Source: Nitrososphaerota archaeon (GTDB lineage Archaea; Thermoproteota; Nitrososphaeria_A; Caldarchaeales; Caldarchaeaceae). From it: a stretch of 64,000 nt of DNA. The stretch spans positions 466,009 to 530,008 of the forward strand of contig JBEPYN010000002.1 in assembly GCA_041641305.1 (NCBI GenBank), read 5' to 3'. A model generated the notes under the pieces. It saw only the letters and a program-made list of their open reading frames with translations. It searched no databases and was not told where the DNA came from. Positions 28,438 through 38,677 of this stretch are shown here, piece by piece; the first letter of the stretch is position 1, and the number at the start of each line of letters is the position of its first letter. Position numbers and translations under genes: made by a program.

Positions 28438-29017
28438 GGTTTTCGAGGAGCCATTTCCGTGTCCTCGGGTCTGATGGGTATCCTGAGCCGAAGTCTCCCA
28501 GCCGCCGCCTCAGCATCTCCACTCTCCTGTCACGCACCACTTTCGCAACAATAGAGGCCGCCGCGACCAAAACATGCCTCCTATCACCCTCCACCATACA
28601 CTTAACCTCCATATCCGCGTCAATCTTCTCCAAAAGCCGTCGGCGAGCACGTCGTACATCCCTGTCAGGCGAGTCAACAAACACCACACGAGGCCCAATT
28701 CTCCGCACAAGCTCCGCCATCACATCATATTCCAGATTGTTCAACCCCTCGCCGCCGTTAACCCTTAGACACGACGATATACGCCTCGGCGTAACCACCA
28801 TATACCCGAGCCGAAAATTCTCCCGCAGCTTCTCAAAAATCTCCTCCCTTCTTTGCGGGGAAAGCGTCTTCGAGTCAGCCACCCCCAAACCTTTGAAGAT
28901 AGGTAGTTCATCGTGCTCGGCGGCGACAGCGGCTATAACCAGAGGCCCAACCACACAGCCTCTCCCAGCCTCGTCAACACCGCAGAGCAAGCCCTTAGCC
29001 AAGGTAAATCGCCGCAA
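28352..29017 (-). CDS. rnhB: ribonuclease HII
   Basis: GVDEAGRGCVVGPLVIA active-site motif and DSK catalytic region. 221 aa. Confidence 0.9.
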   Translation of the reverse strand: MRRFTLAKGLLCGVDEAGRGCVVGPLVIAAVAAEHDELPIFKGLGVADSKTLSPQRREEIFEKLRENFRLGYMVVTPRRISSCLRVNGGEGLNNLEYDVMAELVRRIGPRVVFVDSPDRDVRRARRRLLEKIDADMEVKCMVEGDRRHVLVAAASIVAKVVRDRRVEMLRRRLGDFGSGYPSDPRTRKWLLENLEQPAIRPYIRMGWATLENLKQTRLDEF

Positions 29018-29690
29018 CCATCACATGATCTTTCTCAAAAGGCTCGAGGCCGAGTGTCTCCTTTATCTCGAACCCGCTTGAGGCAAGCGTGCGCACCTCA
29101 CGGTCGACCACTTTTCCCGGATCCTCGACGCTGTCGATGCTCCGCGCCTTCACAGCAAGCAGAAGACCCCCACCTCTTCGCAGCATAAGCCTCGCATTAG
29201 CGGCAACGAGGTCAGCTTGAGCGGGCCAAGCGACGTCGGCGTAGATAACATCCACGACACCGACGAGATGTGCATAGGTCTCGGGCTTCGACGCATCAGC
29301 CAAAATAGGGACAACATTTCTCCTCCGCTCAGCGACTTTCTGGATAAACTGCTGCATAACCTTTGGAGCAAAATCAACGCCATACACAATTCCACGCAGC
29401 CCCACGATGTCTGAGACATGCGACGCAGTTGTCCCAGAAGCCGAGCCGAGATAAAGAACCCTAGACCCGGGACGGATGAAAATCTCCCTCACATCCTTTA
29501 TGATGGCCGCGGCGAGCTTGCTTCGGAAAGGGTTCCAGACACGGTACTCCACATCATCCACTCTAACCAGCTCTTCTCCATAGACTTGGAACCCGGGGTC
29601 AAGGCTCCTGGTCGCGGGCCTCAGCCCCTCAACACCCTCGACAACATAAACACCCTCAAAGCGTGGATGAGGCTTAACCGACACCTTCAA
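28995..29690 (-). CDS. flpA: fibrillarin-like rRNA/tRNA 2'-O-methyltransferase
   Basis: YRVWNPFRSKLAAAI, VLYLGSASGTTASHVSDI (SAM site) and VDVIYADVA. Co-oriented directly downstream of nop5. Confidence 0.9.
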   Translation of the reverse strand: MKVSVKPHPRFEGVYVVEGVEGLRPATRSLDPGFQVYGEELVRVDDVEYRVWNPFRSKLAAAIIKDVREIFIRPGSRVLYLGSASGTTASHVSDIVGLRGIVYGVDFAPKVMQQFIQKVAERRRNVVPILADASKPETYAHLVGVVDVIYADVAWPAQADLVAANARLMLRRGGGLLLAVKARSIDSVEDPGKVVDREVRTLASSGFEIKETLGLEPFEKDHVMVAAIYLG

Positions 29691-30853
29691 CGTCTCCTAC
29701 GCCTCCGCTCAACAGTTTTCTTCACAGGCGGCGAAGCATATTTGCGGCGTATCTCCTCAACCCTCTTCTCCAACGCCTCACGCAGCTGCGCACCCCGATC
29801 CTCCTTAGAGAAATAGTCTATGCGCGCAGCTATGCTTATCTTGGTTGCGAGGGCCCTTGCTATCTTTCCTCTCTGCCACTTGGGTGCGGTGTGTATGAGG
29901 GGGTGCTGGAAAATCACGCCGTGTTTGGGGGAGCCGCGTCCCGTTTTCAGAAACCTGAACAACGCCTTTTCCGCACCGAGAACCTGAATAGTGCTTGCGG
30001 GAAGCCGTGCAAGACGCTCAAGCCCTCCCGCCAAAGAAATCAGCCTACTGCCCAGCACGGGGCCGGCCACGGCGGAGAGGTTCGGCGCCTCCGAAGCCAT
30101 AAGCTCCCTGATGTATTCGGCGGTTTTCTCGGCCAACCTGCTGACCTCAAGCCCGAGAGAAGCTGTCGACGAAAGCATCGCCGCATCCCTCGGCCCCAGC
30201 GACCCGCCAACCGACTTCCCCGCAGCCTCTACAACACGCGCGGCCAACGCAGGGCCCAAAATCTTCGAGACCACCTTCTCATCAAAACTATGCCTCAGGA
30301 CAGGCACAGCAGCCAGCTCGAGAAAATCATCCACCTCAGTCACAATCGAAGCCAGCTCCGGAAAGTGAACACCATACCACTCTCTCACACGCACATATAG
30401 CTGGTTTCGCGTTTTCTCAAGGTCGTCAAGCACCCTCACGGCGTGGACGATGTGGAGATCCCTCCTACCAGCTTCAGCCATGATACGTTGCCGTGTCAGC
30501 GCCAACGTCACCTCCCGCACAAGGGTACGCAGTTTCTCCGCCTCTGCCGGCTCCAACGCGGCCTCAACATCGACAAGCGTCCTCTCTACCCCCTCGAGAC
30601 CCAGGCCAAAAGCTGTCACAAACTTTTTCAAAACTTCGCCAACCCTGTCATCCCAATAACCCAACACAGAATATCCACGATCCCGCAATTCCCTGAGAAA
30701 TCCCTCAACAAACACACTGGGCACGTCGCCCGACGAAACAATACGAACAAGCTCATCCAAATCCTCGGAAAAAGACCTCAGCAAAACAACCCTTCCACCA
30801 TCATCCACAGCAGCCCAGCCGACACCCGTCGGCACCACAACAGCCCGCGACAT
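29687..30853 (-). CDS. nop5: C/D box sRNP protein Nop5 (Nop56/58 homolog)
   Basis: Nop domain: GSPKHGVIFQHPLIHTAPKWQRGKIARALATKISIAARIDYF. A coiled-coil domain. C-terminal KKxxxRRRRRR tail. Confidence 0.9.
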   Translation of the reverse strand: MSRAVVVPTGVGWAAVDDGGRVVLLRSFSEDLDELVRIVSSGDVPSVFVEGFLRELRDRGYSVLGYWDDRVGEVLKKFVTAFGLGLEGVERTLVDVEAALEPAEAEKLRTLVREVTLALTRQRIMAEAGRRDLHIVHAVRVLDDLEKTRNQLYVRVREWYGVHFPELASIVTEVDDFLELAAVPVLRHSFDEKVVSKILGPALAARVVEAAGKSVGGSLGPRDAAMLSSTASLGLEVSRLAEKTAEYIRELMASEAPNLSAVAGPVLGSRLISLAGGLERLARLPASTIQVLGAEKALFRFLKTGRGSPKHGVIFQHPLIHTAPKWQRGKIARALATKISIAARIDYFSKEDRGAQLREALEKRVEEIRRKYASPPVKKTVERRRRRR

Positions 30854-30882
30854 CCGCGGAAAACACCACAGTCCCTACATTT

Positions 30883-30890
30883 AAAAGTGG
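30883..30890 (-). promoter_or_regulatory. TATA box (TTTTAAAT on minus strand) for nop5-flpA operon
   Basis: The AT-rich octamer lies 30-37 bp upstream of the nop5 start codon. This is consistent with a leaderless archaeal promoter. Confidence 0.4.
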
Positions 30891-31074
30891 AAGACTGGCC
30901 CACCCCTCCACGCGAAAAACATAGAACCACATGATAGCTAGTTAGAAGCCTAATGCAACAACAGACGCGATAGTTCAGACACGACCCACTAAGCAAGCTT
31001 CTCCATGCGGATGGACAGCTTCAAACCTCGAAAAAGGGCAGCAGAAATGTTCTATCCTCACGAACATGGAAATG

Positions 31075-31082
31075 TTTTAAAT
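31075..31082 (+). promoter_or_regulatory. TATA box (TTTTAAAT) for the secreted FN3 protein gene
   Basis: About 27 bp upstream of the TTG/ATG start at 31105/31108. Confidence 0.4.
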
Positions 31083-31104
31083 CAAACACGTCAACGGACG
31101 GAGT

Positions 31105-33687
31105 TTGATGAAGAAAGCGGTACTGGGTTTTTTGCTGGTTTTGCTGGGATTGTCCAGCTTTATGGCAGGCCAGTTAACGACCACATTTACCGCAACCATC
31201 TACTCAACAGTTACTGAAACAACCACTTATCTCTCACAACTCAGCACCACAGTGAAAGAGTATGTTTCATCGATTGTAACTGTAACACGGCATGTAACTA
31301 AGACAACTGTACAGCAGACAACAATAACCACCAGTAGCCCCCCAGCCCCACCATCTAACCTGAGAGTGCAAAACGCTGATTTCGGAAGCATTGTTCTTAC
31401 TTGGCAGGACAACTCGGTTGATGAAGAGGGTTTTCGCATCGAGAGGAGCGAAGACAACGAGATTTTTACAACAATTGGTGAGACACCTCCCAACACAATG
31501 AACTTTGTGGACACTTCTGTAGAAAGCGAAAAAACGTATTTTTACAGGGTCAGAGCCTACCGTGGAGAGTATGTAACCTCTCCTTCTAACACAGTTGCGG
31601 AGACAGCAACACCATACGGAATACCTCTTAGCAACTATTTCGGCGGCTTGGGCGAGCTTGAAACAGTCGTCTCCAACGTGCGTGAACGAGAAGGTTTTGC
31701 AGACATCTTCAACCCCTACTGGAACTGGATGAAATGGCCCCAAGGCTCCAAAGGAGCCAAAGCAGAGGCATCCATAGACTTTAACGACTTCGTCTCTGGC
31801 GCAGGAAGCCAAAAAATCTCAATCCAAAGAACTAACGAATCAGGCGAGGATACAAGGCTTATTCTGACATCATGGAAAATACAGCCTAAAAACCCTACAT
31901 ATAAGGCATTCTATCCTCTTCCAGGTGAGAAAATTGTATTCACTTTCAGCTACAAGACCAGTGAAAAAGTAATCAACATCGAATATGCTGTCATGTTGTA
32001 TTTCATCGTCCGCGACAACACGGGCAACGAGCGCTATCTCCCGCCACTATATGTTTTACGAACACAGGAAGCGTCACCATTTTGGAGAAAAGTTTCATTC
32101 ACAGCAGAAGTTCCAGCCAATTTCACAGCCGTAAGAATCTTTGTCACCTATATATGCAGAAAATCATGTGCAGGAACATTCTGGCTCGACAGCTTTGTTC
32201 TGCATACGGAGCCTGAAAAACGTCTTCCACTGCTAGGCAAGGACAAAATCAATTTCAAGCTGGCCGCCATCCATGGAGAAGTATTCGGAAAGGATCCGCT
32301 GGAACTTGCTCAGAAATATGACCTGCTTCTAGGCGGCCTAGCCACCAACACCTACGTGAAAGGATTAAACACACAGGTTCTCAGCCTCCTATACTTTAAC
32401 GACCCCTCCCTCGCATCCAGCAGGAGAAACAGCTCAAACACTCCTCCCTGCATGATGAGATGGAACGGCACAACACCTGTCTACGAGTTCCTACACTACT
32501 GGCCCAGCGTTTACGGAGGGGTTTCGGAGGAATGGCTTTTAAGCGCCTCCTCCTCAGCCAAATACCCACGCATAAACAGTTCAGGATACTTCATAGTCCG
32601 GGAAAAGTATTGCGAGTTTCTCGTGGACATAGGTCGTGAGGATGTAATCGAAACAGCGCTGAAAAACATCGAAATGCTATATGTGTACGCAGGGTACAGA
32701 AATCCCACACTGTCCCCGATCCTCTTCCACGACAACCTCCCCAACTTTGTCTATCTCTGGAACATGGACGGAGCTCCTCCATCAAAATATCCAGACCGCG
32801 AAACACGTAAAATAATCTTAGACCATATGCTCAACCGTTTAAAGAAAAGCATCTTGGACCCCTATCCCGACCGTAAAATCATAGCAAACATAGGAACATA
32901 CAGCAACGAAGAGTTCCAGTATGTCGTTAGGTTTGATTACGACGGCGTTTTAATCGAGTATTTCACACGAATCTTTAACAAAACGTTGTCTCCCTCACTA
33001 TTGTATCAACAGTTTCATGCTCTCAAAAATTACCCCGACAACAAGGTCGTAGTGTTAGTAGATACAGTTCCAGGACAATACGTTAAACTGTGGAATGAAA
33101 ATCCTATGCTTGTCCCCGATAATGTGAGAAGACATTTTGGCTTCGTTTTGGCTGCACTATACCTGCTTAACAGACCTAACACGTATATCACTCTCCGCGG
33201 AGATGAAGGAGGATACTCGTCATCATATATTCTGAAAGATTTCTACCTCCCATTAGGCAGGCCTCTGCAAGACTTGGAAACCGTTGAAGGAGATGAGAAA
33301 AATGGCGCTCTCTTTCTGAGAAGGTACAGCAACGGCCTAGTCCTTCTCAACACGGCGTCAAGCAGAAGCTTCACATACTTTGTTGCGGAGAAACATCGTG
33401 ACAGGGCCGGCAACGTGTTTACCGGCTTGATAACCATCCCACCCCAGACAGGACTCGTATTATATAGAAACGAAACGCAGAGCAACAGTGAATACGGCAC
33501 CTCCACCACGGCATTAACCACCACCACGGCGCCTCCGCAATATGCCAAGAGCACAGAAACCAAAAATCTTAGAGGAAATGCACCCATATGGCTTAACGAA
33601 TCAAACAAGATAGCATTAAATACCGGAAAACAGACGACAATATGGTATGCCCTCCCACGGAAGCATAACCAAGGCTGGGAAAGTTAG
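31105..33687 (+). CDS. secreted Thr-rich glycoprotein candidate with fibronectin type III domain and large extracellular domain of unknown function
   Basis: Signal peptide MMKKAVLGFLLVLLGLSSFMAGQ. Thr-rich linkers (TTTFTATIYSTVTETTTY, STTALTTTTAPP). FN3 signature LRVQNADFGSIVLTWQDNSVDEEGFRIERSEDNEIFTTIGE...TYFYRVRAY. Many N-x-S/T sequons. No C-terminal TM anchor. Confidence 0.8.
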   Translation: MMKKAVLGFLLVLLGLSSFMAGQLTTTFTATIYSTVTETTTYLSQLSTTVKEYVSSIVTVTRHVTKTTVQQTTITTSSPPAPPSNLRVQNADFGSIVLTWQDNSVDEEGFRIERSEDNEIFTTIGETPPNTMNFVDTSVESEKTYFYRVRAYRGEYVTSPSNTVAETATPYGIPLSNYFGGLGELETVVSNVREREGFADIFNPYWNWMKWPQGSKGAKAEASIDFNDFVSGAGSQKISIQRTNESGEDTRLILTSWKIQPKNPTYKAFYPLPGEKIVFTFSYKTSEKVINIEYAVMLYFIVRDNTGNERYLPPLYVLRTQEASPFWRKVSFTAEVPANFTAVRIFVTYICRKSCAGTFWLDSFVLHTEPEKRLPLLGKDKINFKLAAIHGEVFGKDPLELAQKYDLLLGGLATNTYVKGLNTQVLSLLYFNDPSLASSRRNSSNTPPCMMRWNGTTPVYEFLHYWPSVYGGVSEEWLLSASSSAKYPRINSSGYFIVREKYCEFLVDIGREDVIETALKNIEMLYVYAGYRNPTLSPILFHDNLPNFVYLWNMDGAPPSKYPDRETRKIILDHMLNRLKKSILDPYPDRKIIANIGTYSNEEFQYVVRFDYDGVLIEYFTRIFNKTLSPSLLYQQFHALKNYPDNKVVVLVDTVPGQYVKLWNENPMLVPDNVRRHFGFVLAALYLLNRPNTYITLRGDEGGYSSSYILKDFYLPLGRPLQDLETVEGDEKNGALFLRRYSNGLVLLNTASSRSFTYFVAEKHRDRAGNVFTGLITIPPQTGLVLYRNETQSNSEYGTSTTALTTTTAPPQYAKSTETKNLRGNAPIWLNESNKIALNTGKQTTIWYALPRKHNQGWES

Positions 33688-34112
33688 AAGCCAGACACCC
33701 AAACTCGAGGCCAAGCCACGCAAATCACCCTTCCCACGCCAGAGAAACAGAAACAACTATCTCAAAAGAGTCCTCGCACCAGCAGCCTCGCAGACAGAAT
33801 AGCTCAAACAATAACCTTCCTAAACCCTCAACACAAAACAGACTGAACCCATAGGATAAGAACAAGCGTTCTTGAACTCGGGGCAACATGATTTTAAGAA
33901 ACGCTATTCCACTCCGTGAATTTGTTAAATTATCATTTTTCCGCCACAGATGTACAGGGTATGTCTGCTTTTCTAATCTGCTTGTAAAACTGTTTCCAGT
34001 AGCAGCGTCCAAAGCTGTTACCTGAAAAGCAGTTAGATTCCTCTAGTGGATGTAGTGTTCAAGAATCTGGTTAAGAAGGTGGGGAATAGTTGGTTTCAGC
34101 GTTTTTGTTGAT

Positions 34113-35072
34113 TTATGGACTGGGTTGTGTTGTTTTCCAGTATCTTATGTATTTTGCCACCATATCCTCTATGTCTGTTCTCGGTCTCCAGCCCAGTTGT
34201 TCTCTGGCTTTTGTGTTGTCGGAGTAGCTTTCTAGCGCTTCGTGGGGTTTCAGCTCTTTTTCGACTATTCTCGAGCTGCTGCCCAACTGTTTTATGATGA
34301 GCTCGGCCACTTTTCTGACGCTGACTGGTCTCCCGAATCCTATGTTGTAAACCTCCCCCCGTCCACCTCTTTCGGCCGCCAGAATAGTGCCTTGGACGGC
34401 GTCCTTAACGTATGTGAAGTCTCTGGAAGCTGGTTTGAAGACACCGTCTACATATCTTCCGTAAACCTCAAGGTCGAGGTTCTTGGAGGCACGTTCAGCG
34501 AAAACACGGAAAACTATGTTCCCGCGGCATCTTTCTCCCACAACGTTAAAGTACCTGACAATTACCACGTCAAGCCCATAGTCTTTGACATACTGGCTGC
34601 ATAGCTCTTCACATATCCATTTGCTGAGGGCGTAGGGCCCCATGGGGTCTGGCTTCATGTCCTCTCTGAGAGGTGGGGTGTTTTTCCCGTAGATGCTGCT
34701 GCTTGATGAAAAAAGTATTCTGGGACTGGGTTCGCTAAGCCGTGCCGCCTCCAAAATGTTAAGCGTCGAAAGTATGTTGTTTTCGAGATATTTGTATGGT
34801 TCGTTCATGCTCAGTCTATGGGATGCCAGCGCCGCTAAATGATACACTGCATCTGGCTTGATGATTCTAAAAATTTCTTTTACTTTTTCAAGGTCTTTCA
34901 GGTCGTTGTACTCTACTTTGAGGTTTGACGCTGATTTGTGGCTGGTTAACGAGTTCAAGTTATTCTCCGGGGGTGATGGGTTGCTGATTCCGGTGATTTT
35001 CTCACCTCTGTCTAGGAGTGTTTCGACGAGGTGGCTGCCTATGAAGCCTAAAGCGCCTGTGACAACTATCAT
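34113..35072 (-). CDS. NAD-dependent nucleotide-sugar epimerase/dehydratase (SDR)
   Basis: VTGALGFIGSHL Rossmann motif. YxxxK catalytic context (GPYALSK). Extended SDR length of 319 aa. Confidence 0.85.
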   Translation of the reverse strand: MIVVTGALGFIGSHLVETLLDRGEKITGISNPSPPENNLNSLTSHKSASNLKVEYNDLKDLEKVKEIFRIIKPDAVYHLAALASHRLSMNEPYKYLENNILSTLNILEAARLSEPSPRILFSSSSSIYGKNTPPLREDMKPDPMGPYALSKWICEELCSQYVKDYGLDVVIVRYFNVVGERCRGNIVFRVFAERASKNLDLEVYGRYVDGVFKPASRDFTYVKDAVQGTILAAERGGRGEVYNIGFGRPVSVRKVAELIIKQLGSSSRIVEKELKPHEALESYSDNTKAREQLGWRPRTDIEDMVAKYIRYWKTTQPSP

Positions 35073-35097
35073 AGTTCGGAGACGGCTGGGGCATTTT

Positions 35098-36204
35098 TTA
35101 AGCTAAACATTTTCTGTAAACTTCCTTGTATTGCTCAGCTATTTCCTCGGGTTTGAACAGTGCCGACTTTGTAGCCGCGTTTTGGGACATCCTTGTCCAT
35201 AGCTCTTTATCCGTCAACAGTTTTGTTATGTGCTGCGCTAGCTCGTGATGGCTTCTTGGTGTGAAGAGGAGGCCGTTTACGCCGTGGTCGACTATTTCTC
35301 TGAGGCCGCCGACGTTTGACGCTATGACTGGCCTGCCGGCGGCCATCGCTTCGGCCGCGGCCATGCCGAACGGCTCGTAGATGGATGGAAGTATGAAGAT
35401 ATGAGCTTTGGCCAGCAGTTTTTCGACATCAGACCTGTGGCCTAGAAACTGGATGTTGTTTTCGAGTCCCAGCTTTTTAACTAGTTGGGTGTAGCTTTGT
35501 CTTAGCGGGCCGTCGCCTGCCACGAGAAGGTTTGGCCGGCTCTGCTTGTCTATGTTTGCTATTGCTTTTATGAGTGTTTCTATGTCTTTTACTCTGTCGA
35601 GTCTCGCTGTGGTGAGAATGGTCGGCTCCCGAGGGGGTTTCTGCTCTGTTTTTGAGAATCTTTCGTGGTCTATTGGGTTCCATATTGGTGTGGCTTTTAC
35701 CCCATGTGTTTCTCTGAGGTGTGCGGCCATCCACTGGCTGCATCCCACAACTTCATCAGCCAGCTGGAGACCGAGTCTGAATAACACCGTGTTAACCAGT
35801 CTGGAGAGGAGGCTGTTTTTGTTGAGATGCGTCTCCAATACCGGGTCACCCTCCACCGTGTAGACATGTTTTATGCCGAGAATCTTTGCGACAACCCCTG
35901 TTACCGCTGCTTCCTTGGGCCCGTGGCTGTGAATGATGTGGATACCTTGCTTCCTGGCCGTTTTTAATGTTTTGAAGAAGAGCCACATCCAGTGGAGGGC
36001 TCCCCTTACCCTAGGGTTTTCGCCGATAACCTCTACTTTTTTTGCCTTTAGTTTGTTGAGTAGGTTTTTGTCGATGGCCGATGGGTTAGGTGTTATGAGG
36101 ATAGGTTTTACACCAGTATGTGGAAGGCCGAGCATGAGGTGAAGCATAGCCAGAGTCGCTCCGCCAACTCTCCCACTCGCGGTGAACAGTATCTTCATGT
36201 TCAT
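35098..36204 (-). CDS. glycosyltransferase family 4
   Basis: GT-B fold. C-terminal EPFGMAAAEAMAAGRPVIASNVGGLREIV (E-x7-E region). Confidence 0.85.
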   Translation of the reverse strand: MNMKILFTASGRVGGATLAMLHLMLGLPHTGVKPILITPNPSAIDKNLLNKLKAKKVEVIGENPRVRGALHWMWLFFKTLKTARKQGIHIIHSHGPKEAAVTGVVAKILGIKHVYTVEGDPVLETHLNKNSLLSRLVNTVLFRLGLQLADEVVGCSQWMAAHLRETHGVKATPIWNPIDHERFSKTEQKPPREPTILTTARLDRVKDIETLIKAIANIDKQSRPNLLVAGDGPLRQSYTQLVKKLGLENNIQFLGHRSDVEKLLAKAHIFILPSIYEPFGMAAAEAMAAGRPVIASNVGGLREIVDHGVNGLLFTPRSHHELAQHITKLLTDKELWTRMSQNAATKSALFKPEEIAEQYKEVYRKCLA

Positions 36205-36290
36205 CCGCCTTTTCTCAGGTTGGATGTCCTGTTTGGATGTTGTTTGGCATGGGTTTTCTGTATTCGTTGTTGCGTCAGTGTTCTTAAGGA

Positions 36291-37739
36291 TTAGTCTGAT
36301 GAGGTTAGGATAAGTCTTCGGGCTTCTTCTACGGCTTGTTTAGCTAGTTGTCTAGCATCTTTGTCTATGAGCAGTAGGAATGCGAAGTAGGTTGCTGCAC
36401 CTATGGCGATTGATGCTAGGGTTTGTATGGTTCCTACAGGGTTGATGATCAACAGGGTTATGGCCATTGCTATTGAGGCTGGAACAGTTTTCTCCAGGCC
36501 GTTGAAGATTGTTTTTGGTGGGGCTTTTTTCGCGTATATTAGAACCATGGGTATGATGCCTGTGATTGAGGAGGCTAGTCTGGCGGCTGCGGCGCCATGT
36601 ATTCCAAGTGGGCCTGCTGTAGCGGCGGTTACTGTGATGAGGGTTGCTAGGGATAGGTAGCTTGGTAGCTGGGTGGTGAATAATGTGCTTTTTAGCAATT
36701 GTTTGCTGCTGTTTTGTGTGTCGCTTTTTTCTAGTGCGGTGATGACTGTTTTCATTGTTAGGGTTGTGATGCCTATGGCGTTGGCTGTGAGTAGCATGGG
36801 TAGTAGAGGGGCGGCTTGTATGTATCTTGTTCCAAAGATTTCGGTGAGTTGTTTGGATAGTGTGATGCCTCCTATTATCATGGGTGTGGTGAAGATGTGT
36901 AGGAATTTGAAGAGTGCTTTTAGTTCTGTTGGCTGCGCTGTTTTTGTTTTTAGGAGTTTCGGGTAGATTGTTCCGGTTAGTCCTTTTGCTGTGCCTATGA
37001 TGCTTGCTATGGCTAGGGCGATGCCGTAGTGTGATAGGTCTGTTGCTGTGAGGAGGACGCCTATGATGAAGGAGTCGGTGGCTGTTGAAATATAGCCTAG
37101 CAGGTTCTCGTGTAGTGGTATCCATATTTTTTTTAGCGAGTTTCTCAGCCATGTTTTGTTGAAGCTGTGTTTGAGATGTTGTTGGTTTGTTTTGAGTAGG
37201 TATAGTGTGTAGGCTATGTTGCCTGTCGTGACTGCTGCTACGATTCCTTCAAGTCCGTATGGTAGTAGGATGAAGGCGAGGGGGATTTTTACGCTGTCTA
37301 TGATGATTGTTCTTAGTCCGAGTTTGTGGGGTGCGGTGCTGTAGGTAATTGTTGTTAGTGCGGCTGAGATGTAGTAAACCGGTATGAGTGTTGATGCGAG
37401 GATGAAGGTTCTTGGCTCAGATTCTATGATTGATGATAGGGTGTTTGATAGGAGTATGAATACAAGTGTTATGGGTATGGATATTGCGGTGTTGAATAGT
37501 AGGGTTGTTTTTCCCACTTCTTCTCCTCGTGGGATGTCGCGACCCGCCCAGTAGGGTATGGCTTTCTCCAAGACTTGGAAGTAGGGGAGGACGCTGCCGA
37601 TAAAGAACCATGTTCCAAGAACGGGTTGAGGGAGGTTTCGCGCTATCAACACGTTGAATATGAAGCCTGTTAACAAGGTGACGAGGTTGCCGGTGAACAG
37701 CAAAGCTCCGCTGAATCGGACACGGATACTTCCCGACAA
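36291..37739 (-). CDS. oligosaccharide/polysaccharide flippase (Wzx-like, MOP superfamily)
   Basis: 482 aa with about 12-14 TM helices. Typical polysaccharide-biosynthesis-protein topology. Located inside the GT cluster. Confidence 0.8.
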   Translation of the reverse strand: MSGSIRVRFSGALLFTGNLVTLLTGFIFNVLIARNLPQPVLGTWFFIGSVLPYFQVLEKAIPYWAGRDIPRGEEVGKTTLLFNTAISIPITLVFILLSNTLSSIIESEPRTFILASTLIPVYYISAALTTITYSTAPHKLGLRTIIIDSVKIPLAFILLPYGLEGIVAAVTTGNIAYTLYLLKTNQQHLKHSFNKTWLRNSLKKIWIPLHENLLGYISTATDSFIIGVLLTATDLSHYGIALAIASIIGTAKGLTGTIYPKLLKTKTAQPTELKALFKFLHIFTTPMIIGGITLSKQLTEIFGTRYIQAAPLLPMLLTANAIGITTLTMKTVITALEKSDTQNSSKQLLKSTLFTTQLPSYLSLATLITVTAATAGPLGIHGAAAARLASSITGIIPMVLIYAKKAPPKTIFNGLEKTVPASIAMAITLLIINPVGTIQTLASIAIGAATYFAFLLLIDKDARQLAKQAVEEARRLILTSSD

Positions 37740-37905
37740 GCCTCAACAACTACACTCCAACCTACTAAAAGCTGTATGCTGATGTTTCCATGACTGAGAA
37801 AAGATGGGGCCTGCGGTGTAGCAGTGATCTGGCGTATGTTTTTCTCATGCCTGTGTCATAGTTGATGATTACACAGCTCGGGCTGAGTCTTGCTTTTGGC
37901 GATGA

Positions 37906-38574
37906 TTGTGTTTATTGGAAAAACTTCTTAAATGTTTGGAGCGAGGATATTTTATGGGTCTTCTTGAGGGGCTTGTTGCTTTTAGGTTGGCGTTATTTTG
38001 CAGGGAGTTGAGGGATGGTCTGAGGGTTGCGGTGGATGTTGGATGTAGATTGGGCTGGGCTGGGCATATGTTGGCTGCTGTTGCAGGCAAGCCTGTTAAA
38101 GTTGTTGGGCTGGATGTTTACGAGCCCTATCTCAGAACCTTGGCAGAAATAAGCAAGATATATGAGCCGTTGAGGGTTGACTTGGAGACAGAGCCGATAC
38201 CTCTACCCGATGGCTTCTCGGACCTGACGCTGTGCATCGAGGTTATCGAGCATCTCAGCAAGCCTGCGGGGTATCGTCTCCTAGATGAAATGGAGAGGAT
38301 AACTAGGAAAGGTGGCTATATCTACTTAACCACGCCCAACGGCTGGCATGGAGCGAAAACAGAGAGATGCGTTCCTTTACAGCACAAATCTGCATGGGTC
38401 GTTCAAGATTTTGTGCAACGCGGTTACGTTGTTAAAGGATATGGGTTTAGAGGTTTAAGGGGTAGAGGAAAAATCGGTAAATTCTATCTTCTGGCTGACT
38501 ATGCTTGGACTCCGGTTGCCCGCATAGTTCCGCAGACAGGGTTTGGGCTCGAGGTGTTTAAGAAGATAACGTGA
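37906..38574 (+). CDS. class I SAM-dependent methyltransferase
   Basis: VDVGCRLGWAGHML (motif I), LTLCIEVIEHL and GGYIYLTTPN (Methyltransf_11/23-like). Confidence 0.7.
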   Translation: MCLLEKLLKCLERGYFMGLLEGLVAFRLALFCRELRDGLRVAVDVGCRLGWAGHMLAAVAGKPVKVVGLDVYEPYLRTLAEISKIYEPLRVDLETEPIPLPDGFSDLTLCIEVIEHLSKPAGYRLLDEMERITRKGGYIYLTTPNGWHGAKTERCVPLQHKSAWVVQDFVQRGYVVKGYGFRGLRGRGKIGKFYLLADYAWTPVARIVPQTGFGLEVFKKIT

Positions 38575-38677
38575 AGCGTTGACATGAGGTTTTTTCAAAT
38601 GAATGGATGAGCTGCGTGTTGCTGGCGATGTTGTTCAGTAATTTAACTTTTATTTGTGGTAGTTTCTGGGTTGAGGC

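Noticed and set aside
36352-37152. 266-aa His/Arg/Thr-rich ORF on the minus strand, other frame
   Set aside because: It lies entirely within the flippase gene in an alternative frame. Its extreme compositional bias (H, R, N, T) is typical of an out-of-frame artefact.
37840-37900. TTGATGA ... CTGA pair upstream of the 37906 methyltransferase gene as a C/D sRNA
   Set aside because: Only 14 nt separate the motifs, with no C' or D' boxes or kink-turn-compatible stem. More likely a promoter or leader sequence.
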